The notes beneath the pieces were generated by a model. The model was given only the letters and a program-made list of their open reading frames with translations. It had not been told where the DNA came from and searched no databases. Of a stretch of DNA of 64,000 nucleotides, positions 9,568-16,561 are shown piece by piece; position 1 is the first letter of the stretch, and the number at the start of each line of letters is the position of its first letter. This DNA is from an uncultured delta proteobacterium (GTDB taxonomy: Bacteria; Desulfobacterota; RBG-13-43-22): NCBI GenBank assembly GCA_963743305.1, contig CAVUPH010000030.1:62617-126616 (forward strand). The letters are read 5' to 3'. The position numbers were made by a program, and so were the translations under genes.

Positions 9568-9996
9568 TCAGCGGAGGTGTTGCTGGGCATCTCTGATTGG
9601 GACATACCACTTTGGCTTCATGCGCCCAAAATCTGTTCGGCGATTGCGATGCAGGCCTTTCTTGGAGTCCAGCACGTAGGATTGCCCTTTTTCACGAACG
9701 AATACCACCCAGTGCCAATGGGGTCGGCCCTTCTCCAGATGCCACTTTATGGACAAAAGAGCGAGGTCCGGTAGCGCTTCCCACGAATGAAACGGAATTT
9801 CACGAGAACCCGTTTTGATACCGAAGGTGGTCAGTAGTTTTCGTACCTGCGCCGTTTCCGACCACAAGCCCTCATCGTGGGCGAAGATCCCCAGAGAATT
9901 AGCGATCGATTTCGCCTTTGGGTACGAAAGACCAACCAGGGCGGCGACGCTCGCGATCCCGCAACCCGTTCGTTCCAATTGAACCACTGCTTTCAT
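9568..9996 (-). CDS. Peptidase C39-like (papain-fold) protein
   Basis: Likely start ATG 9996; QLERTGCGIA, HWVV and VLDS give a Q/C-H-D triad pattern. Confidence 0.75.
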   Translation of the reverse strand: MKAVVQLERTGCGIASVAALVGLSYPKAKSIANSLGIFAHDEGLWSETAQVRKLLTTFGIKTGSREIPFHSWEALPDLALLSIKWHLEKGRPHWHWVVFVREKGQSYVLDSKKGLHRNRRTDFGRMKPKWYVPIRDAQQHLR

Positions 9997-10001
9997 GTCA
10001 G

Positions 10002-10475
10002 CTAGACCTCTTCCATCTCCCAGGTCCAGGAGCAGTCGATACACCCCTTGATGGATTGATAGGCCGGACAGTTCTTCGAATAAGTGGCCATGGCCTTTTC
10101 CGCGTCCTCCCGTTTTCCCTTCGGAATTTTCATCTGATACCGGAGCCGGATTTTCGTGATCCTCAAGACCCCTTCCACGTCTTCGATGTCCCCTTCCACC
10201 TGGGCGGTCAGGATCTCTTCGGTCTGTATGCCCCGCACCTCCAGTGCGGCCGACAGGGTGCCGGTCAGTCACCCCCCGACGCCGGCGATGATATAGTCCA
10301 GTGTGGCGGGATATTCGGGCCCTTCAATCGTACGCCCGTACTTGTCCTGATAAAAATCCTTGATGCCCCCGTGGATCCCGAAGTGGACCGGCTCCGCGAA
10401 ATCCCCGAAGTGGGCCGTCCGATGGGGTCCCCGGTGCTTCTCGATGCGAATTCGACTGGTGTGGGCGACTGACAT
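10002..10475 (-). CDS. OsmC-family selenoprotein (Sec at in-frame TGA 10269-10271)
   Basis: PATLDYIIAGVGG-TGA-LTGTL reads through in frame to CPAYQS; ccgcac-tggag-gtgcgg hairpin about 19 nt downstream; AGGAGG RBS. Confidence 0.85.
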
Positions 10476-10513
10476 GATCTGACCTCCTTCGTATGAAAAG
10501 GATGAAAGATGAA

Positions 10514-11057
10514 TTATGAAGAACTGACCTTAGTCTTCTTTGAGATGGCGGTAAGGATCTGTAAACAAATAACCTTGACAAATGGCCCTACAACCGTTCG
10601 CCCTGAGCTGCGAGCCTGTCGAGCAGTCGAAGGGTGAACGATACGGCCATGCTTCGACAGGCTCAGCATGAACGGAGATATTAGCGGTATTGTACAGCTT
10701 ATTTCTTGACGGGTCCTAAGGATCGCGAGGAGTTGATCACATTCATCGTGCAGGCCGGCAAGATTCGCATGGAGAACAATCGAGGATTCGGCCAGTAGCT
10801 CAAGCCAATAACCGGTCTCGTCGAGTTCCTTGAGGCAGTCTCCAATCTTGGCGATAAACTCCCCTTTGGACCTCGCACGATTGGCCTCGCGGTATATTAG
10901 CTCCAACGGATGTGCCGGAACGAAGAACCTGTTTGCCCAACACCTGCGCTTCGATCGACTTTGGTAATGCTGAGTACATCCGAATCACCCGTAACGCAAA
11001 TTCCTTCGTCCGAACCACCAAATCCTTCGGTTGTCGTCCTTTGCCTTCATAATTCAT
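10514..11057 (-). pseudogene. Four-helix-bundle protein (23S rRNA IVS/Avd-like family) disrupted by a MITE, plus one frameshift near 10895
   Basis: RTKEFALRVI...KQVLRSGTSVGAN-YREA.RARSK.EFIAK...KELDETGYWLELL; removing the MITE restores LLAILTAISKKTK. Confidence 0.88.
10555..10716. mobile_element. 162-bp MITE with imperfect 18-bp TIRs and TAA target duplication, carrying a REP doublet
   Basis: TAA-ggatctgtaaacaaataa...ttatttcttgacgggtcc-TAA; excision restores the host ORF. Confidence 0.85.
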
Positions 11058-11105
11058 TCTTCATCCTTTGACTCAGTTGTGCCACGTTTTATGAATTAGC
11101 ACCTC

Positions 11106-11669
11106 TCATCGGGCCCCGAGTTCCTCCTCCAGGCGTCCGATGACATCTCCGACGAAATCGTGAAATCCCCAACCGATGCCTTCGGTCATCTCCTCCACTC
11201 TTGCCAACCGTTCCCTGAACTGTGGATACATCCTCTGCGCCTCGCCCCGCAGCAGGACGGCCAGTTCCTCCAACGCCGACTCCACGCTGCTGTAGAACCG
11301 CTCGTCAATGTCCCCCTACTTGCGGGTGAATCTCGTGCCGTTCTCCACATAGGTCATCAACAGTTCCGCCGTGCCGGGGAGGTCGCCCGTGGCCTTGCGG
11401 TAATCACGGATGGCCTTGCGCGCCTCTCCCAGTTTCAGTTTGCCAAATCCTCGTACGGGAAAGAACTGTTCCACGATCTTGCCTCGATATTTCTCCAGGG
11501 CTTCGCCGCCGCTCTCCCCGGTCTGGCAGCGGGCATGAATAAAGTCGCGGTTCTCAGCGGCCGATTCATAAAGATCTTTTAATAGGGTAAGCAGCGCGGG
11601 CTTCTCCCAAGAGGCGAGTTGTCGGCGGACCGCGCTCCAGCCGTCAGGTTTCTTGGTTGCGTTTTTCAT
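11106..11669 (-). CDS. Conserved helical hypothetical protein (DUF6155-like), frameshift near 11320
   Basis: ORF 11316-11669 continues in another frame GDIDERFYSSVESAL...GIGWGFHD...* to 11106. Confidence 0.65.
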
Positions 11670-11932
11670 GGTTTGAATGGTTCGGGTTGGACGCGTTTCA
11701 AGGGGGGCAATGATTCGGGCGGAACCATCAGGGTGATGCTACGCGCCTGTCCAGGCACGCGCCCAATCAAGCCCCGCCTCTCCAGCGTGAGCACCATCGA
11801 ATGCACGCTCGGCGGCGTGATCCGAAAAAACCGCTGCATGTCTGCTTCAGCCGGAGCGCAACCGTTCAGGATGTTGTACTGATGGATGTAGGCCAGGAAC
11901 TGGCCTTGTCGTTCGGTGTAAGTCAGGTTCAT
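11666..11932 (-). CDS. Small LexA/MarR-like winged-helix DNA-binding protein
   Basis: TERQGQFLAYI...PAEADMQRFF.ITPPSVHSMVLTLERRGLI.R.PGQARSI. Confidence 0.85.
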   Translation of the reverse strand: MNLTYTERQGQFLAYIHQYNILNGCAPAEADMQRFFRITPPSVHSMVLTLERRGLIGRVPGQARSITLMVPPESLPPLKRVQPEPFKP

Positions 11933-12056
11933 AAAGGTTTGTTCATGGCGATGCTGACACCATTCATGGTTCAGGCACCCGTCGGAGCCGGCAGGTGCTC
12001 ACCCCAAACGCGGGCGAGGGTGGCCTGGATTTTCATTTCAAAGCGAGTAAATATCT

Positions 12057-12104
12057 CCGTTCGTCCTGAGCTGCGAGCCTGTCGAGCAGTCGAAGGAACG
12101 AACG
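12057..12104. repeat. Single REP-like palindrome downstream of the GIY-YIG gene
   Basis: ccgttcgtcctgagctgcgagcctgtcgagcagtcgaaggaacgaacg. Confidence 0.85.
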
Positions 12105-12137
12105 AAATTCCGCCCATGCCCATCACCGACCAAAGGT

Positions 12138-12419
12138 TCATCTTGTTCCCCTTGCCAACCGGGAGACTTCGTCCCAATCGCCACGCATCATAGCTTCCTT
12201 TTTCTTTCGACTCCATCCCTTGATCTGTCGTTCGCTGGTCAAGGCTTCCTCGCGGGATGAAAAATCTTGGGAGAAAACCAGCTCCACCGGCAGTCTGGTC
12301 GAAGTATAGCCTCCAAAAGCACCTGAGCGGTGTTCTCCTATCCGCTTCTCCAGATTATCAGTATGCCCTGTGTAATACGAGCCGTCAGCGCACTTCAAAA
12401 TGTAAACCCAAAAACTCAT
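12138..12419 (-). CDS. Small GIY-YIG nuclease (UPF0213/YhbQ-like)
   Basis: WVYILKCADGSYYTGHTDNLEKRIGEH...EALTSERQIKGWSRKKKEA. Confidence 0.95.
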   Translation of the reverse strand: MSFWVYILKCADGSYYTGHTDNLEKRIGEHRSGAFGGYTSTRLPVELVFSQDFSSREEALTSERQIKGWSRKKKEAMMRGDWDEVSRLARGTR

Positions 12420-12497
12420 GGTTGTTGGCCTCGCTGTCCTTTGCGTGTTGTACTATCCGGTAACTGAGGGTCTATAAAAGAATAACTGCTACAAAAT

Positions 12498-13155
12498 CCG
12501 CTCACCCTGAGCTGCGAGCCTGTCGAGCAGTCGAAGGGCAGCTATTCATGGTTCGACAAGCTCACCATGAACGGGTGACTGTTCCACTAATTTTAATGCC
12601 GCCCTTGCCATGTTGTTGCGCCATAACTTTAGGATCTAAAAACAGATAACCTTGACAAACGGCCCTACAACCGTTCGCCCTGAGCTGCGAGCCTGTCGAG
12701 CAGTCGAAGGGTGAATGATACGGCCATGCTTCGACAGGCTCAGCATGAACGGAGATATTAGCGGTATTGTACAGCTTATTTCTTGACTGGTTCTTAATCA
12801 CGTTGCTCATTGATACTGTTCGTTCTGAGCTGCGAGCCTGCCGAGCAATCGAAGGGTGGCCTTTCATGGTTCGACGAGCTCACCACGCATGGGTAGCTCT
12901 TCCACTAATTTTAATAGCCCCGACCCAGCTTTTGCGCCATAACTTTAATCATGTTGCTCTTCGATACCGTTCGCCCTGAGCGGCGAGCCTCGCGAGCAGT
13001 CGAAGGGCAGCCATTCATGGTTCGACGAGCTCACCATGCACGGGTATCTCTTCCACTAATTTTAATAGAGTCCTCACCATATTCTTGCGGCATAACCTTA
13101 ATCTCCGCTGATCATTATGTACCGTTCGTCCCTTCGACGGGCTCAGGGCGAACGG
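12498..13155. repeat. Tandem array of about 150-bp units, each a REP doublet plus conserved spacer
   Basis: Units start at 12498, 12816 and 12967, with a terminal REP at 13122; shared ttccactaattttaat and ttgcg(c/g)cataac(t/c)tta blocks. Confidence 0.88.
12632..12793. mobile_element. Second full 162-bp MITE copy, TTA target duplication
   Basis: TTA-ggatctaaaaacagataa...ttatttcttgactggttc-TTA; the empty site is preserved in the next array unit (12934-12960). Confidence 0.85.
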
Positions 13156-15692
13156 CTTGTCTCCTCACCCCAGACGCGGGCGAGGGTGGCCTGGATCTTC
13201 TTCTCGAAGCGGGCGATCAGTTCGCGGTTGGCGGCGACCAGCGCCTGCTCGGCTTCGATCTCGGCGACGATGGCTTGCTGGGTGGCGAGGGGCGGGAGGG
13301 GGATGGGAGCACGCTCGACGATTCCCTGATTGATCTTTGGCATGCTCCCGGCAGCACCGACAGCGTTTCGTGTCATGTAGTCTCTAGCGATGTCGCTTTG
13401 GAGAACATGGAGCAGATATTTGCGTCAGAATCTTCGATTCGTCCGCTCTTACCCGAATCATCAGGTCGGGATACACGAAGTCAGGTTCGTCCACATCGAA
13501 GATGGCAGCGGTACCGACCAACTCCTTCGTGTTGCCGCGCTGAAGGTAGATATCGCCACGTTGACAGCGGCAAGGCGAGTCAAGCGGAATGTCCTCGTCG
13601 AGGAATTTATGTTGGGAGATGTCCAGCCTGCCTGATGTCGTGGCGCTCAGCGAGAGGACTTTGAGATTGGTGGTGTGAGCGACTGGTTTGCCAGAGTAAC
13701 CATTCTTCGGTTTATCCTGAATGACTTCTCTCAACTCCACCATCGGCCAGTCGGGGTGGATGGGGATGTGGGGGCGGTAGTTGTCGAGGACGGCGCGGGC
13801 GCCGTTGATGACTTTCTGGTAGCCCTCGATCTCCGCCACGATCTCCTTCTGCACCTCCAGCGGCGGCAGGGGGATTTGGATGCTTCTGCAGATCTCGCTT
13901 CGGATGACGTTGCGACTGTGCCGCTCCTGCCATCAGGTCGCGCAGACTGCGTCAGTGACAGGTCGTTCGGAGCAGTGGATACAGATGAGCAGTCAATGGT
14001 CTGGATTCATCGCGGTCTGCAACCTGACGAATGCGTGAGTTGCAGCCAACTTCGACTGCGCAGACTTGTGCAGTCACCGAAGTATCGCTGCCAGCATGGC
14101 GCCAGCTTGCGATCGAAATCGTCAGCTCTTCGATAGCTGTCAGCTTCGCCGTAAGTCGAGCTGTCTGATCCTGCCGACATTCGTCGATGTCTTGGATAAG
14201 TCGTACGTCGGATCCTGCGCTGTCAGCGTTCTCTTGGCTTGAACGGACGTGCGCACTGATGAGTCTGCAGACGTCACCGAATCGAACGATGCGGAAAGTG
14301 TCGAGTCGCGGACTGCCACCCTCCCGATACCGCTCCCCGCTCAGGTTGTACTCCCCATTCGCCGCGATCTTCTCCTTCTCCACGATCAGGCCGAGCGTGG
14401 GCTGGAAGTCGGCGACCGATTCCCCCGCCCGCAGGCGACGCAGGTACTCGCCGATCTCGGCAGAGACCTGCGGCAGGTCGTTCTTGTCAATCTCGCGCCG
14501 CTGGGCGCCGAGGCCGAAGCCGTCGTTCTCGACCTTGAAGAAGGCGATGGTGTTGGTCTTCTTGGCCAGCGACTTGTCGAGGATCAGGATCGAGGTCTTG
14601 ACGCCGGAATAGGGCTGGAACACGCCCGGCGGGCAGCGAGACTACGGCGACGAGGTACTCCTCCACCAGCATCTTGCGCAGTTGTTTGTAGGCGGTCTGG
14701 CTCTGGAAGATGATGCCTTCGGGCACGATGATGCCGGCGCGGCCGGTGGGGGTGAGGTGCTCGGCCATGTAGTCCACGAACAGCACTTCGCTGCGCTTGG
14801 ACTGCACCGAGAAGCGGTTGTGGGGCTTGATGCCGCCCTTCGGCGACATGAAGGGCGGATTGGCGAGGATCACGTCGGCGTATTCGTTCCAGCGGTCCTG
14901 GCTGGTGAGGGCGTCGTACTCGGCAATGTGCGGGTCGGCGAAGCCGTGCAGGTACAGGTTCACGAGGGACAGGCGCACCATGTCGGGCGAGATGTCGTAG
15001 CCCTTGAAGTTCTGCGCGAGGCGGCCCTTTTCGTCCGGCGTCAGGAGATCGCCCTCACTCCCGGCCCCTCTCCCAGAGGGCGAGGGTGGAGATGAATTGG
15101 CCCTGAGGATGTGCTTGTAGGAGGAGATCAGGAAGCCGGCGGTGCCGCAGGCCGGGTCGAGCACGGTCTCGTTCTTCTTCGGGTCGATTACCTCAACGAT
15201 GAAATCGATGATGTGGCGCGGGGTGCGGAACTGCCCGGCGTCGCCCTGGGAGCCGAGCACGGAGAGCAGGTACTCGAAGGCGTCGCCGAGGCGTTCGCTG
15301 TGGTCGTAGTTCGAACTCGTCGATGACCTTGAGGAACATCTTTAGCGTTTCAGGGTCGCGGTAGGGCAGATAGGCGTTCTTGAAGATGTCGCGGAAAAGG
15401 GGCGGTATGCCGGGGTTCTCCGGCATCTTGGCGATGGCCTCGGCATAGAGGTTCAGGTCTCATGGCCGCCCAGGCCGGAGCGCATGAGCTTGGCCCAGCC
15501 GTAGCGGGCGAACTTATTGGCGAAGAACTTGCGCTTCCCGCCGAACTCCTCGCTCTCGGCGTCCATGTCGTCCATGAACTTGTAGATCAGGGCGATGGTG
15601 ATCTGCTCGACCTGGCTCTTGGGATCGGGCACCTTGCCGACGAGAATGTCGCGGGCGGTGTCGATGCGGCGTTTGGTGTCGGAGTCTAGCAC
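13143..15692 (-). CDS. hsdM: N6-adenine methyltransferase fused to specificity (TRD) domains, type I-like M-S fusion; several frameshifts
   Basis: GQFRTPRH, DPACGTAGFL, ILANPPF, two IPLPPL..Q..IVAEIE conserved S regions; GTG start 15692. Confidence 0.85.
15051..15090. repeat. Palindromic element inserted in frame within the methyltransferase
   Basis: ccctcactcccggcccctctcccagagggcgaggg, read as PSPSGRGAGSEG. Confidence 0.65.
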
Positions 15693-15699
15693 GATTTCC

Positions 15700-16360
15700 T
15701 CAATCTTTAGTGGACGGGGTGGACTTGGTGGACCGAGTGGACGGAGGGCGCAATGACCGCCTTGCGGAACGAACGCGGTAAAGGCGCTCGGTGAATCCAC
15801 CTTCGGTTTCAAACGCCTTAGCCTGTGCGGCGAGCTGGCGGTCGAGCAGACTGCAGGAAACCGCCAGCAGTACCAGTGCGGCATTGGCTGCAAGCTCGGG
15901 GAAGGTGGACCTTGCCCGGGTCGCAGCCCTCGTCCATGCGGTCCACCAAGTCCATCGTCCACGATGTCGCTTCCCGCACCCAGGCAGCCACTTCATCGGC
16001 AGTGGCGCAACGGCGATCAATCAGTCCCTGCCGACGGGGATCATCACGGTCCCAGACCGGCAGGCCGCGCTGGCGCAGGAAATCTTCGTAGTCGAGCCGT
16101 AGCTCTTCCAGGCTGCCCCGCGCCACGTTGGTGAGTTTGAGTTCGGTCTTTTTCGAGGTTCCCGAGGCCTGACTCCCTTCGGCGATGTTCTGCACACCCG
16201 ACCGCGCCGCCTGCACCATCTGGTCGTGGGTGCGGCTACGCTTGTCGATGTAGCGGTCGCAAAAACGGACCGTTACGTCATAAGTCAGTTGTGCCACCTG
16301 AAAGCTCTTGAGTTTTCGGTAGCCGCCATGTTTCGGTAACAGCGGTTCGTTGGCGGTCAT
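15700..16360 (-). CDS. Four-helix-bundle protein with C-terminal suffix domain; frameshift near 15915-15960
   Basis: GGYRKLKSFQ, RTHDQMVQAARSGVQNIAEG, VARGSLEELRLDYEDFLRQR; suffix AANAAL...LDRQL...F.TEGGFTERLYR in another frame. Confidence 0.85.
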
Positions 16361-16371
16361 GTTAGACGTAG

Positions 16372-16525
16372 TGCCACGGTCTGGAGATCAGTCCGATGGC
16401 CCCTGTTTTTTTCGATCCATTGCTTTGCGGTAGCTGTTGAATCCAGCCTGTTTTTAAACCCCTCGAATTCGATGGGTTTAAAACTCTAATTGGGGCAAAT
16501 TCGCCATAATTAAAGTTGGGTGTGA
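16372..16525 (-). pseudogene. KilA-N domain gene remnant
   Basis: Fragments PNFNYGEFA, FKPIEFEGFKKQAGFNS, KQWIEK, GAIGLISR across frames. Confidence 0.6.
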
Positions 16526-16561
16526 TATCACTTCTTGGATTTCTGACTCATATGTCTTCCC

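Noticed and set aside
10552-10724. 8-bp target duplication TAAGGATC
   Set aside because: The second copy shows that GGATC belongs to the TIR; a 3-bp TWA duplication explains both copies with identical 162-bp length.
12498-13155. CRISPR array
   Set aside because: Units are about 150 bp, imperfect and REP-like, with mostly conserved spacers and no cas genes.
11971-13664. ORFs with PSTARQARSSGRT / RPELRACRAVEG peptides (also 9212-9610, 12562-12979)
   Set aside because: These are translations of the REP/MITE repeats, not genes.
1646-16360. Diversity-generating retroelement (DUF1566 target plus two Avd-like genes)
   Set aside because: No reverse transcriptase in the window and no template repeat differing only at adenines; the two DUF1566 halves are ordinary diverged duplicates. 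A remote DGR cannot be excluded.
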